64,000 nucleotides of DNA from Chrysomallon squamiferum. Its lineage: Eukaryota > Animalia > Mollusca. Location: contig CM022673.1 of NCBI GenBank assembly GCA_012295275.1, forward strand, positions 22,878,001 through 22,942,000. The letters run 5' to 3'. A program made the translations under genes and the position numbers. Below, one piece after another: positions 20,303-40,875 of the stretch (its first letter is position 1; every line of letters starts with the position of its first letter). The notes below the pieces were generated by a model. That model had not been told where the DNA came from. It ran no database searches and worked only from the letters and a program-made list of their open reading frames with translations.

Positions 20303-21688
20303 AATTTCATCAACTTTCCTAACCAATTTATCTACCGTGTTCTCAACTTAGAAAATAATAATAAGACTGTTTTATGAATATTACATTGCTTACAACGTAT
20401 GCGCAACTCGTTTTCTATTCCTCAAGGGAACGCAAATCTCGTTCATAAATAATAAAACAAGAGTGTAAAATGAAGGCAACGAACTTTCATTATTATTTTA
20501 TTATTATTACTATTTCTGCTGCGAAGAAAAAGGTACCGATCTGGAGTTTTGACAAAGCAAACCGAATTATGTTTTAAATGTTAATGCAACCAATTCAAGT
20601 ATGACTATGAAAACTAAAAATACAAAATCTGAAGTTTTTAAAAAAAAAAAAAAAAAAAGTAAAAAGTAAAAATTAAAGTGAGAATACTCTTGACAATACC
20701 GATTAGCGAATGTTTATGTCCAGGAATAAATTATTTGTTTATTTATTTATTACTCTACTGTTACCACTGCTACTACTACAGCTGAATCTGTTACTACTAT
20801 TACAACAATAACTAATACTACTAGTACCGTTACTACTGCCGATATTACTATTACTACTACTGCTGCTGCTACTACTATTACTACTATAACTAATACTACT
20901 ACAGCTACTACTACTACTACTATTATTATTATTATTATTACTACTACTACTACTACTACTAATTCAAAGATTTATATTAGGTTGTTAATTTCAAATTTAT
21001 GTATATATTTGTTTTTTGTTTTGTTTTTGTAGTGATAGTGACAAAAGTGTAGTAGTGTGTGTGTCTGTCTGTGTGTGTGTGTGTTGACAACCATGTGAAT
21101 ACATGTAAAGCAACAGAAAGCGGCTATAGATTCTTGATGTCAGAATATTGCCTTGCAGAACAAATCATGCATGTATGAAATAGCGACTAGTGCAACAGAC
21201 ACGTATGAAGAGGTATTGATGAAATGTAAACATTCACAAAGACGTAATGGGAATAGACTGTAACAGAGTTAAAACAGTACAGACTAAGGAAATCAATAAA
21301 CAGATACAGTATTCAGATTTTGAAAATGTTATTAGGAACTTCATAAATATATTTATTTATTTATTTATTTATTTAATAATAATAAGAAGAAGAAGAAGAA
21401 GAATAGTAGGAGTAGTTATAGTTGTTTTTGTGTTGATAGTGATAAAAGTGTAGTATATGTTGATAAGTCGTTGTAGTAGGGCTATAAGGGCAATAGTAGT
21501 GTAATAGTAATCTGTAGTAGCAGCAGTATTAGTAATGGCAGCAGCAGTTTTAACAGTAGTAGTAGAGTAGTAGTATTGGAGGTAGCGGTAGTAGTGGTAT
21601 CAAAAATTGTTATTGTTATTTGCAAAAAGATTATATTGGTTGATTTGTATGCCTGATTCATTTTACAAAGATTCTGTTTAATTAGCTC

Positions 21689-21960
21689 GGGCGGATCCAG
21701 CTTTTCTGATGAGGGGACTCCATTACAAAAAGGGCACCATAACGTTTTGAAAAGTCACAATTGAAACATCACACACGGTTCACATTGACCATAATATAAT
21801 AGTGCTAAAACAGGAACCCTGGCAGATGTATTCAACAGTGTTTTATACATTAACAGTATTTTATTTAAAAACAAACAAACAATAAAAAGAGACAATCCTA
21901 AATAAAAGGGGCACTTCACAAATCTGAGGGGTACCTTGGACCCTCCAACCAGATTCGTCG
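21689..21960. mobile_element. Possible degenerate non-autonomous DNA transposon (MITE)
   Basis: GC-rich left end gggcggatccag, weakly complementary right end ccagattcgtc, internal aaagggcac-like motifs; no clear TSD. Confidence 0.3.
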
Positions 21961-22005
21961 CAGCTTTATATAAAACAGGCTTTGTTGCCTCGGTAGTTTT
22001 TGAAG

Positions 22006-22074
<69 letters not shown>

Positions 22075-22166
22075 TAAAAATAAAAATAAAATAATAATAA
22101 TAAAAATAATAATAATAATAACAACAACGACAATAACAGTAATAATAATAATAATAGTAATAATAA

Positions 22167-22197
<31 letters not shown>

Positions 22198-22354
22198 AAG
22201 GCAAGAAGACAAAGAAAAATAATAATGAAGTATTAAATCAAAATAACTAATAATTGTTTTCTTCTTTCTTTTCTGGTTATAATCATTACTGTAGATTAGT
22301 TATCAGAACATGTGTACATGTATATGCACAACAAAAACAACAGTTTCAACCACA

Positions 22355-22390
<36 letters not shown>

Positions 22391-22892
22391 TATTTTCGTC
22401 TTCACCACTGATATGAGATTTTAAAGCTACACAAAAAACAGTATTATAAATTGTGACATTAATAATGTCTTGGAGTTATTATTTCTAAGGAAATTAAATC
22501 GAGCAAATCCGAATGTTATCAAGTTAATATTTATTATCTCCCTTATGCTCGCAGTTGCTCGACAGGGCCTGACATGCGAATCATCTTAACAGATTTTTAC
22601 TGCTACTGATGTTGCTGCTACTATCACTACCGCTACGAATACTACCACTACGACTCCTACTACTACAGTTACCATTATTATAACTATTAGTAGAACTACT
22701 GATCATAGTATACAACTACTACTACTACAAATAATAATAACAATAAGAAGAAGAAGAAGAAGAATCATAGCAATAATAAAGATGGCGATGAAGCTAATAT
22801 AATAAATAAATAATCGTAGGTTTATTCAGTAACAGTAATCATGTACTTTATAAAATCATAAGAAACGATTTCTTCTAATATTAATAACATTA

Positions 22893-22925
<33 letters not shown>

Positions 22926-23853
22926 GATTATTATTATTATGATTATTATGATTATTATTTCTTAAATTCAATTATAGCTAATATAATTTTTATTTTAACC
23001 TGTTTCGGCTAAATACGATTCTGTATTCCAGAAAGTGATGGCCTTTTTTAAATATTAAATTATGTATTTCTGTATCTGCATAAGCCGTCGTGAAATGCAT
23101 GAGATCACCTTATGAAAATAAGTAAACAAAAGTTGCAACCCGAACACTACAAATTGTGATGGTCGTACAAAGACCACAATTTTCCATGGTCCGCATGGAA
23201 AAATTAGGTCTCATGACAAAGGGCAATGTACTTCCCTGGAAATATATTAGCAATACCGAAGCAAAAACATCGGAAATGATTACTAAAAACATCTCTTCTT
23301 TTCTTCTCCTTATTCTTCTTTTTTAAATGGTAGACATCGAAATCATAAATATTACAATGAAAGTCGATAGTGTTGCTGTTGTTATTCGCCTGGTACTGAA
23401 TAAACATAAATGTTCATCAGAATCCTGATACCTTTCGATATAACAAATATACAAAACTAAACAGAATTCTAGCATTCAATAAGCGCGTATAATTGTTTGT
23501 AACGCTCTGCATATTCACCAATGTAAATAGTAATCAAGTTTGTTCATAACACCTCAGACAATTATATATTTTAACCTTCAGATAGACAAACGTGTTCAGT
23601 TCAGTTAATAGGTTATTAACATCAGTTAAAGTGTATCATCATCCCCAGAGAGACGATTCAATCATTTATTAATGAAACTACATTCTGCAACCCTTTTGTT
23701 CTTTTACTGTTGTCCCTCTTGCGACGCCTGGTATTGTGAATGAATGAGAAATAAATTAATACTGACAGGTTGATAGATAGAAATATACATATATGCATAC
23801 ATACATACGTACGTGGATAAATGCATACATACATACATACATACATACATACC

Positions 23854-23962
<109 letters not shown>

Positions 23963-24111
23963 TCAACAGGCCATTGTATATCAGGTCATACATTAGTAGA
24001 GTTGTAGTGGGGTTTCTTTGTAGGTTTTTTATTTTGTTTTTTGTTTTGTTTTGTTTCTTAATTTCTATTATTATTATTATTATTATGATTATTATTATTA
24101 TTATTATTATG

Positions 24112-24144
<33 letters not shown>

Positions 24145-24606
24145 TTCATTTTATTATTATTTTTATTTTATTATTATTTTTATTTTATATTGTTCTGTTG
24201 CTCTTGCTGTTCTTTTTTATTTTTTTTTATTTTTAATTTGTGTGTGTGTTTGATTGTTATTTTGTTATATTTTGCTTCGCTTATTTATTTATGTTTTTTC
24301 TTTATTCTTTATACTGTTTGTTATTATGATTAACAATACACTGGTTTCCATGAGTGAATGGAAATAATACAGTAAATAAACTCATTCTGGGTCACACAGT
24401 TGATACCAGAGAAAAAAACTGTTAATACTTAATGACGCTTTCAGTGTTTCGTTTGTTTGTTTGATGTTGATTTTGTTGTTGATTTGAAAAATAGGCCTAT
24501 ATCGGTGAACAGATTTTATTATAGATTTTTATCCTGTTTCTGTTGTTTTTTTCAATTTAATTTAATTTAATTTAATTCAATATAATTTAATTCAGTTCAG
24601 TTCAGT

Positions 24607-24637
<31 letters not shown>

Positions 24638-24989
24638 TTTTTTAAAGCATTGTCGATAAAAACTATTCATTTGGAAAAGGTTTTTTTCTAAAAAGAGCAT
24701 GAAAGAAAAAAGGAATAAATCGTGTAGATGAGTATAAATGAATAAATGATAATTTACAAAAAAATATACTTTCTTTATTAAAAAAATAATAATATTAAAT
24801 AAAATAAAAACAAATAAAGCACACACACAAAAACACAACAATGAAAAAAAACATAACAACAACAACTGACATACAATTGCTATTTATTTGTCTGTTATTC
24901 TCAAAACAAAACTGATTTGTTTAGGAGAAAGATGAATACAATCAAATACAAAAATAAATAAATAAATAAATAAATAACATTATTATTAT

Positions 24990-25027
<38 letters not shown>

Positions 25028-25079
25028 ACTATCATTAATGAAACCTGAAAATGTTATACCTGTATTATTTAATGATATA

Positions 25080-25492
25080 CAGTGGTAGCTTGACTTACGA
25101 GTTCAATTCGTTCTGTCTCTAGCTCGTAACTCAATTTCATCGTATATCAAATCAATACCATTAATACCATTAATCCGTTCCAGCCACCCAAAGCCACCCC
25201 AATTTATTTTAACGTGTTTTTGAATAAGAAAAATGTATGTGTAAAAACAAATATTGTATAAAAAAAAATAAAAGAGAATGTAACACAAAAGACATGCTTC
25301 CACGCCGAGGTAACCAGGTGAAGCAGACGAGTGACGCGGAATGCTGGACGGATGTTGTGTTGTTAGATGCGCCTACTAGCGGCGGCGCAGTTGAAGTTCG
25401 CTCGTAACTTGGATTTTTGCTCGCAACTCAAAGCCAAAACTTTACCACTCGTAATTCGGAAAACTCGTAAGTTGGAGCACTCGTAAGTCGAG
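25080..25492. mobile_element. Tc1/mariner (pogo/Tigger-like) MITE with a truncated right TIR
   Basis: Left end TA|cagtggtagcttgacttacgagt, right end actcgtaagtcgag, repeated subterminal ctcgtaa motifs. Absent from copy A. Confidence 0.7.
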
Positions 25493-25987
25493 TAAGAATG
25501 CATTATTATTTTCCTTCAATATTTTATAATTTAAATTTTATAATAATTCAATATTTCAATAAAGAAAATATGTACGATTACGGCAATAGACTGGCCCTAA
25601 CGAGCATAATTTCCAAGTAAAACAGTTCACGTTATTATTTTTATCTTAACTGTCATTTTATTACTTTTTCATAGAACCATTAACTTTCAAATATACTGTA
25701 GAAGTAAACCTAAAACAATGGGAAAAAATGAGAATATAATGTAATTTAATTTAGTATTCTTTTGTCTGTTTAGATTTTATACTCTTATTACATAGTAACG
25801 TGTTGTTACTAGAACAAGAAGTTTTTATCATAGTTACTTTACTCGTAATGCTGACCACGTGCGTAAATGAAATATTTATTATTAAATCGATGTCTCTAAG
25901 CAGTCAATTTGTTGTACGTCTGAGCAGTCAGAAATCACACACAGTTGACATTTACCGCAAATCAACTAACTGCGCACCTTCTGAAAT

Positions 25988-31942
<5,955 letters not shown>

Positions 31943-32831
31943 ACACAGAAAGAGAAGAAGCAGACAATTGTTTCCGTTATACAGTTTAATTTTTATATAT
32001 ACTCTTTATATTCTTTAGAACTGTGTGTTTAGGTGTCCAAATGTAACCGTTGTTCGTTATATTCTTAAATTGTTAGACATACAAATGTACAGAGAACTTT
32101 GACATGTTATTCTATATATATATATATATATATATTTGTTTCATTTCTTGTTTCTTAATTTGTCGAAAAAGTTAATTTCTAAACTATACAATAAATTTTT
32201 TTGAAATTCAAAAAGTTCATTTACCTAATTTAACTTACAAAAAAAAAAAAAAAAAAAAAATCCTATACGCCTTTTCTTATGCGTATAATTTCTAATTGTT
32301 CGATTTTACTTCGTAACTTATTATCCAGTGTAATTACAACAAAATCAATTTGGGTTTTGATTTACCTAAATCGAATTTGAAACAATCAATATTACTTTCT
32401 TTTTATTTCATGTTTTTCTTTTACTTTTATTTTATATTTATTTATTTGTCTGGTTTTTATTAGATTTTTTTGTTTTTTAAATTTATAATTCATATAAAAC
32501 AACTAATAATAATAATTTCCCAGTTTTACAGGCTAGAAATAAGAACATTAGAAATGATTTAAAATTACATGATAAGTGGCGAGCTTCTTCAGCCAAAGCT
32601 TTCAAAAACTAAACAGTGTCATAACAATAAAATAAAAATTCAAATAATAATAATTGCAAGCAAATATCAAAAAACACTTTAAAAAGAAAGAAAAAAGATA
32701 ATCAGAATATGAAAGGCACATGTATATTAATGTGCTTCAACACAAATTAGATCATTAATTTTTGGTATAATAATTTATAATTTTCATTTTACTCACGCAT
32801 TGTTAAAATCGTCTCATAGGCTAACTGATTG

Positions 32832-33241
<410 letters not shown>

Positions 33242-34127
33242 CACTTCAAAAATCCCTTCTTAATCAAAAATAACTAAATAACTAAATAAATAAGTATAAA
33301 ATAACAAAAATAAAATAAAATAACATATAATAAAAAAAAAATATTCTTATTTTATTTTCAGAAATAATCCTGTGAAGATGACCGTTTTCTTGATAATCGT
33401 TATTTCATCTTTTAGCTGTAAAATTACATCGAGTTATATGTCATGTCAGATGTCCAAGTAATTAGCTTTCTTTTTCATAGAAAAATCAATAGTGTCAGAT
33501 TTAAATTGAAAAGTAACCATTACAAAAAAATCTCGATACCGATCAACAATACAAAATTAAGAGTACGAAAGAAAAATATGAAATGCGTAGCTTTATGATA
33601 TACTCGTGTGAACTGAATCATTGTCTAACTTTATTAATATATTTATTTGCTTTGGTTGTAACAGTTTAATTTGTTGATAATTTCATTTTTAGATCAGTTT
33701 TTTATTTATTTATTGTTAGTATTATTATTCGTATTTTTTTTAGTATCATTAACAAATGTTGATCCACAATAATTACATTTTAAAGAAATTTATCGTTTGT
33801 TGTTTCTTTTCTTTTTTTTAAATGACATCAATGGCTTGTTGACGTATTTGATGTGTGCATTCTTTCACGTACAAAAATATTTCTTTACTTCCATTTTGTT
33901 ATGAATATACGGTCTAATTAACTACTTTTATTTCCACATTATTATTATTTATTATTTTTGACGATCTATTATCGATTATAACAAAATATGACAATAAAAT
34001 CATACTGTTTCAAACTCCGCAATTTTTTCTCTTCATAACTGGAGAATGATGACAGTATTTAGTTATTTTTCTGACAGTAGACAGAAGAAATTAAATTCAC
34101 TTAACGCCGTACGTGAGTGCAATAACA

Positions 34128-34171
<44 letters not shown>

Positions 34172-34936
34172 GCGCGCGCGCAATCCGTGTAAAAATAATG
34201 ATAAGCTAATGGGAGAAAACGAAAATTATAAACATAAATGAAACACTTTTTACAAAATAATGTAAGATAATATTTCAATGATTGGGTCTATGTTTAATGT
34301 GTCCATGTCAGAACTTAGGGAAATTTTGATCCAGAATTCGTGAATGCAGTTCAGAAAAATAAGCGCGGAGCTTTTACTTTCTAGAATATGGAATGGAGGT
34401 AACGTAGGTTTCGGAGCACAACGTTATCTCTTATTTGGATTCTCAGTGAGTTCTGAATCGAATAAAAACTTGTACACTAACGTTATTTTAAAAATGTAAT
34501 GTTTGAATTTACATTCCCTTCGACCCCACCGTTATGTCTTGCACTGCCACAGTGATTTCGTACTGGATTAATTTCTTTAAAAAACATGCAGATTTCTTCA
34601 CGAAACAATTTAATATATGATTAATAAAATAATGAGAAAAAAAGGTTTTAAAACTAAAAACAATGTGAGGTAAAAGTTCAGTGGAATATACTACCAAACT
34701 CAACTATTATCCTAATCGAAAATAAACACGGATGATAACTTGAAATGTTAATTAGTAAAATGTCATTAATCGGAACTTTCAACATTGATTTTACAAATTG
34801 AAACAGTGTACGAATCAAGACAAATATAACAGAAACTAAAACAACAACAACAGTAATAATAGCCGACTATTTCACTAGTGTTATAATTTAGATACATTAA
34901 ATATTTATGTGTTTAGTGTATTTGTTTGCTTTTTTA

Positions 34937-35953
34937 CTAAGCAGTGTTTGTAGATGCTAAAGTGATGTCTCCAACTGCACTTGGCTTGCAATGGAAAATC
35001 TGCCTGAAAGCTCTTTTGAAATCCTGGCTGAACAGATAATACAGGAATGGATTCATCAAAGAGTTTAGATATGCCAACCAAACAAACAAAAGTACAATTA
35101 TAGACGGTATGACCTTGTATTCAGTGGCTACGTCCACAAGATTAACAATGACAACAGGCAGCCAGCAGAAATAGAATACACCGATAACTATTGAGATTGT
35201 ACGCGCTGCCTTCGTGTTTCCTGAAAAAGCTTTTCTCTTTTTCTTGTCATCCTCCGTAACGGTCAAAGATCGGATTGCACGGGCGTGCTCTTTTGCCTTC
35301 TGGAATATTTTCACGTAGAGAATCAGAATAATCGTCATTGGTACAACGGCAACATATACAATTTGTAGATATGCACTCCATTTAGTCTGAAGGATTAAGC
35401 AGACATATGCTTTCAAAAGACAAAATTCATAATCTTCCACTCCAGCCACGTTCATTCCAGTCCCGAAATATACAGCCATAGTAGACAAAGGTAAAACCCA
35501 GCTAAAAATTGCTGTAAATGCAGTTAAGCAAGGAGTAATTTTTTCATACGTGAAAGGACGGCAAATAGCAAGATAGCGCTCAACAGAAAGAATGCACAGA
35601 TTTAAGATGGAAATCTGGATCAAAGTACCATCAAAAATATTTCTGAAGACACAAACCCATTTGGGCAAATCAAACTTTCCATTCCATCTTTCATATATGT
35701 GAAGAGGCATGACGAAAATTGCCAGACCCATATCTGCTAGAGCCAGTACTGCCACATGGACGTTCTGACGTTTGCGCAGGTAAGGAAATTTTAATATAGA
35801 TGTTATAACGAGACTGTTACCAGTTATTGTAACAGCAATAAAGAAGAGCTGAAATACACAATAGAGATCTGTCTGAGTGTCAGAGAGAGGAGGTGGTGAA
35901 GAAAATGCTAATTCGTTGTAAACAGCTTCACAGTCATATTCCTCGCTGCTCAT
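34937..35953 (-). CDS. TAAR-like aminergic class A GPCR, intact, single coding exon, 338 aa (GPCR1)
   Basis: Seven TM segments with GN (TM1), LALAD (TM2), Asp3.32, ERY, W4.50, CWLP and WLAYLNSLMNPFLY (W7.40, Y7.43). Start MSSEE follows the acceptor tttttcag|gttcagtttaaagATG. Confidence 0.95.
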   Translation of the reverse strand: MSSEEYDCEAVYNELAFSSPPPLSDTQTDLYCVFQLFFIAVTITGNSLVITSILKFPYLRKRQNVHVAVLALADMGLAIFVMPLHIYERWNGKFDLPKWVCVFRNIFDGTLIQISILNLCILSVERYLAICRPFTYEKITPCLTAFTAIFSWVLPLSTMAVYFGTGMNVAGVEDYEFCLLKAYVCLILQTKWSAYLQIVYVAVVPMTIILILYVKIFQKAKEHARAIRSLTVTEDDKKKRKAFSGNTKAARTISIVIGVFYFCWLPVVIVNLVDVATEYKVIPSIIVLLFVWLAYLNSLMNPFLYYLFSQDFKRAFRQIFHCKPSAVGDITLASTNTA

Positions 35954-36787
35954 CTTTAAACTGAACCTGAAAAACAAGTCAGTAAGATACGTGTAAAGTT
36001 ATTCAATAAATATTTTAAACAAATTTATAATGACAGTTTTATTACAGTATCCAAAACACGATTTAGTACCAAAACATCTGTGCTTATAATTATTACAAAG
36101 TTTGTGTTAATTAGAAATATCCGAATTTTCTTTGGATTTTGAGGTAGGTTTTCTCGGAGGAACTGTAATATTTACTGCTATTCTATCCAAACGGACTTAC
36201 GAAAAAAATGAAATCAAAGTATCTTTATATCTATCTTGATATTTATGATTAAAGTCTTTTGAATGTATGATAGAATGCATGAATTCACCTAACGATAATT
36301 AGAAATTTTGAAGCGAAACAATTCAACATTTTGAGAATGTTTTATTTTGTTTTTAAACTGAATAGACTAAAATAGCGAATATTATTTGCTTTTAATTCCA
36401 AGTTAATAGTGATGTCAAACGCCGTATGAATTGAATTGTTTTCATGAACTCACACGTATCACTGAATACTGATAATATATAGATATAGGTTGAGTGGTTG
36501 GATCACCGTGTTACTAATGAAATGTAAAATAGAAAGAAAAAAGTATTTGTATTTAGAATTAATTATCCTATTGAAAAGTAACTGTGGCAAGAATTAAACA
36601 TGCAAAAACACGGAACTAAATCATAACGATAACCATATATTTAACATTAAATATATTGCTTTCTGTTTCTTTTGTAAATCGTTAACCAAATTCGTGTTGA
36701 TTATAAATAAGAGATAGATTAAAAGTCAATACTATAGATTTGTTGTTGTTTTTGTTGTTATTGTTATTGTTATTGTTGTTGTTGTTG

Positions 36788-36858
<71 letters not shown>

Positions 36859-37047
36859 CTTTGTAGTTCACAATTCAGTATAGCGTTTTTCGAAAATGAC
36901 TAACAATAATAATAATAAGAAGAAGAAGAAGAAGAAGAAGAAAAGAAGAATTTGCATTTCCATTTATGGTAAATTTTCTACCAGTTTACGGTATTTCTTT
37001 ATTAAATTATATTTAGTCTACCTACAGCTTCCGAGCACATTCATTAT

Positions 37048-37262
37048 ACTTACAGCTCTCTACTACACTGTGTACTACAGATTCCTGTCACAGAAGAAAA
37101 TGAAAGTTTGAAGACGGAATTGTTAAGGCTGTGTTTTATTAGTCCGAGATGTTAAAATTTAGATTATATTTTAAAATGAAACCTTTTATATCCACAAACT
37201 CCGCCTACTAAACAGTCATGTGTCCATTTGTACCGATTATTTCTATAAATGGAGCAATGGCG
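37048..37262 (-). promoter_or_regulatory. Putative core promoter and non-coding first exon of GPCR1
   Basis: Minus strand reads GGCGGAGT (37198-37205), TATAAAAG (37183-37190), then ~100 nt of exon and a GTAAGT donor (37048-37053). A matching acceptor lies 13 nt before the ATG. Confidence 0.7.
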
Positions 37263-37602
37263 TTATATCAGAAATCATCCTGTTTTCTAGTGGATTCTTT
37301 CAATCATCCAATGATAAATGAAGATATTCTGTGACACAGACTTGAAGAAAGAATGTAGATGAGACGTTTTTAAACTTAGATTCAGAAATCTGTAATGAAA
37401 TATAATTTTACCAATATATTCTTTTCCTGACTTAGGCGAAATTCAGACTATATATTTAAATTAATTAATTAATTCATAATAAGAAGAAGAAGAAGAAGAA
37501 CCAAAGATTTAAAAATGTATCAGTCACATCACAGATAAATTCAAATAAAAACACGGATTGATAGTTCTTTAAAATTAACATTTATACTGGTCAGTGATAA
37601 AA

Positions 37603-37709
<107 letters not shown>

Positions 37710-37880
37710 AACGAAATATAAACGAAAAGCCTTCAACAAATAAACACCAACTTCAACAACAGCAAACAACAACAACGTAAAAAAAACCAGTTCGCATTTA
37801 TAAAAATTATGCTATTTTTTATTAAAATATTTAGTCTACATAAGCTTTTCAACCAGATTTATAGCAGATTTATATGTAAT

Positions 37881-38090
37881 ACTTACAGATTCCTACTACA
37901 CTGTGTTACGTATTACAGTTTCACTGTCACAGAACAAAGTGAAAGTTTTCCTTGTATCCACAGAAGAATGAATTTAAAATCGAAAATATTGAGATTGTTC
38001 TCATTATTTTTTTTTTTTTTTTTTGTGTCTGAGACGCTGCAATCCTTCTGAAACTGAATGCTTTTATATTCGTAAAATAAACTCCGCCTC
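37881..38090 (-). promoter_or_regulatory. Diverged second promoter/first-exon module upstream of GPCR1
   Basis: GGCGGAGT (38081-38088), TATAAAAG (38061-38068), the cactgtcacagaa block and a GTAAGT donor (37881-37886) are retained, while the spacers have diverged. Confidence 0.6.
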
Positions 38091-38385
38091 TAAATAGCGT
38101 CTCTTTGTATTTATCATTTCAATAAATGTCGATATATTATACATCCAATTATAAATCGGAATGGGTTTTTTCGCGTAGGCATGACAGAAGAGAGCAGTTT
38201 TGGTTTTGGCATTTTACAAACGAAAAATGATAAAATTGTATTTGATAACTCGATTTTGATAACTGGATAATGGTTAACGAACTGTCATTCATTTGCTGAG
38301 ACAATTAAAGTTGCAGCAACTTTTGTTTCCCTTTTCCTTTTTGATTTTTGTCACTTAATTGTTATCATGATTTCTAACAGTTTCA

Positions 38386-38470
38386 GAATTAGCAGTTTCT
38401 TCTGTCTCTTGTCTAGATCTCTACTGTGTATTTCAGCTATGTTTTGTGGCTGTTACTGATAACGGTCTCG
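38386..38470 (+). pseudogene. Inverted decayed GPCR fragment (N-terminus/TM1)
   Basis: gaattagcag...agatctctactgtgtatttcagctatgttttgtggctgttac...aacggtctcg aligns to the coding strand of the GPCRs. Confidence 0.75.
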
Positions 38471-38652
38471 GATTCATGTTCCACAGATCAATTCAATTAA
38501 ATAAAACATTTTCAAAGCAGAAGAAGTTATGTTTTTCCTCTAGGCCGTATTAACGGAAATTTCAGAAAGACCGTGGATTTGTTTACACCCCACTGACATC
38601 GAATCGTAAACCATCAGTACATCCACGTCTGAGGTGAAAGTGATTGACTGAA

Positions 38653-38800
38653 TCTGACACAGATCTCTGTGGAGTGTCAGCTATGCTTTATGGCTGTTAC
38701 TATAATTAACTCGTTATAATATTCATATTACAATTTTCTTACCTGTGCCAGTTCTGGCTCTAGCTGGTATGGGTCTGCACAATTTTAGTCATGTCTTTTG
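38653..38800 (+). pseudogene. Inverted decayed GPCR fragment (TM1-TM2)
   Basis: tctgacacagatctct...tttatggctgttac...ctcgttata...gttctggctctagctggtatgggtctg...aattttagtcatg matches the GPCR coding strand with indels. Confidence 0.78.
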
Positions 38801-39215
38801 TTAGCCAAGTTCATTAAGAAACTAACCTTTCTGTTTGTCACCTTTACCTCTGACGCAGGAAGGAAAGTTTGTTTAAGGGACAGGCACTACACTGCGACTG
38901 GGTCATCTGAATATTCTTTCACTGTTAAAGAATTTTACAAAATCCAATACACTTCTTTTCTGCTGCTAAAATAAAATTTCATATATTTTTTTAATGGAAG
39001 AGTGCTTTTTAGTTTTCTTTTTAATTGCAATAAAAATGATTTATTCCATTAAAGATATAAGCGAATTAATATGTTGAATTATTCCTTAACCATATTTTTT
39101 AATGTAACTTAGGAAATTTTCTTAATAGATATCGATCATTTTTTCCAATGCTTGATTCAATATTATAAAAAATAATACAGTTATAAAAAGTTATTATTTC
39201 TTTATTCGTTTATTA

Positions 39216-39805
39216 GGTTTATTCCCGATTCTGGCATTCCCGAATCTGGCATTGAGATTATAACACAACTTAACTGGACAGTTGTTCCATTTCTGGCAGT
39301 TTATTGCTCACCTTTACTAATTGGTGTTCCATCACCTTAACTGATTAAACAGTATTTTGTCCAGAATTTGAAAGCACATTCAGTCACACTTTATACACGA
39401 AATGTCCCAGAAAGCACTCCACCGCAAGCTGACAAGTAGGAAGCCGTGTCCCGAGTACACGTGACGTACTCCAATACAGTTGGAAGAGCTTGTGCTTATC
39501 TTCTGGTAGTATTTCCTGTCTCCATATGTTACTGATTTCAATAAAATTAATGTTTGGAGATATAAAATTAATTTCACGTCTCCAAACATTAATTTTCTTG
39601 CAATCTCTATTCCGGCTCACCTCTGTTCTTCACTGCTCATTAAGATTAATATCGTTAATCGCCCCAGCTGTTCTTCACACATCTCGTTATCCCCATGCAT
39701 CTAAATTCGCCTTAATTGCTCACCCCAGTTTTCCCATTTCTGGAAGCGGATTAGAACATCTCACCGTTTACCTAATCTAGAGACTGCCAGTTTTGGGAAC
39801 ATACC
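39216..39805. mobile_element. Non-autonomous DNA transposon, ~21-bp imperfect TIRs (GG...CC) and 8-bp TSD; superfamily uncertain (MULE- or hAT-like)
   Basis: Left end ggtttattcccgattctggca versus right-end reverse complement ggtatgttcccaaaactggca (16/21). Flanking gtttatta at 39208-39215 and 39806-39813. Confidence 0.65.
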
Positions 39806-39806
39806 G

Positions 39807-39872
<66 letters not shown>

Positions 39873-40875
39873 GCTCTGTTCTTTATTTAGTTATTTTGTT
39901 ATAAATATGATTTTTTAAATTTAATAATTCCGAAACAATTAATACAGCAATAATTAATAGAACTGTAACAAATACAAATTAAACAAAACAAATTGTGTAT
40001 CTCTACATTATTATAAAAACGAAACTGAGGCAAAATAATAATAATAATAATAATAATAATACAGCAAAATAAAATAAAATGAAATAAAATAATAATTAAT
40101 AAAGTCAAAAAGACGAAGAAAAACAACAAAAAATGAAATACTTAAACAAGAAACAATAAATAAACAATAATAAAATAGTAATATCACAGTAATAACAATA
40201 AACTATACAGGATGAATTCAATAAATAAATAAATAAATAAATAAATACCAACAACAACAGCAACAATAACAACAACAACACAAGTAACAATACATTTTTA
40301 ATTTTTTATTTTAGCGCTCTGATGACCTACTTCAAATATAATCACTATTTGTTCTTATTTTATTTTTTTGTTAAGGTGTTTAATGTAACCCAGTTTGTTT
40401 ATGAAATGTTCATAGACGTCTAATGATTTATATCTTTTTTAATGGATTATTAAAAGGATATTGTGAACATTAATGAAAGACATTTTGGGTTATGTGAAAA
40501 ACTAAAACTGTTGTCTAGACAAAATAACAAAATATTACCTATATTAAACAGCAAAGTCAAAGAATGTTGTTACTCATTAAAGCATATTCTAATGATGATG
40601 ATAATGATGATGACGAAGAAGAAGAAAGATATCAAACGACAACAAATTATGAGTGTGAACATAAGGAAATTGCATAGCATAAAAATTACTTTTTTCTCTC
40701 TTTCTTCTTTTTTTTTTAATCATAAATATGTATAAAGTAATTATTATTTTCAGAGTAATGGTTTTTATTAATCTACATCTACATCATATTAATCCGCTTG
40801 TATTTATCATGCATTATTCCTTCTTTCTTTTTGTCATCTTCTTTGGTTTATTCATATTTTTTTAATCATCATAAT

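Noticed and set aside
39384-39660. Minus-strand peptide EDKHKLFQLYWSTSRV...RLPTC (faint HECT-like look) and a nearby MSSEE-encoding string
   Set aside because: Too short, stops in the adjacent sequence, no continuation of GPCR homology, and located inside a TIR element; likely coincidence.
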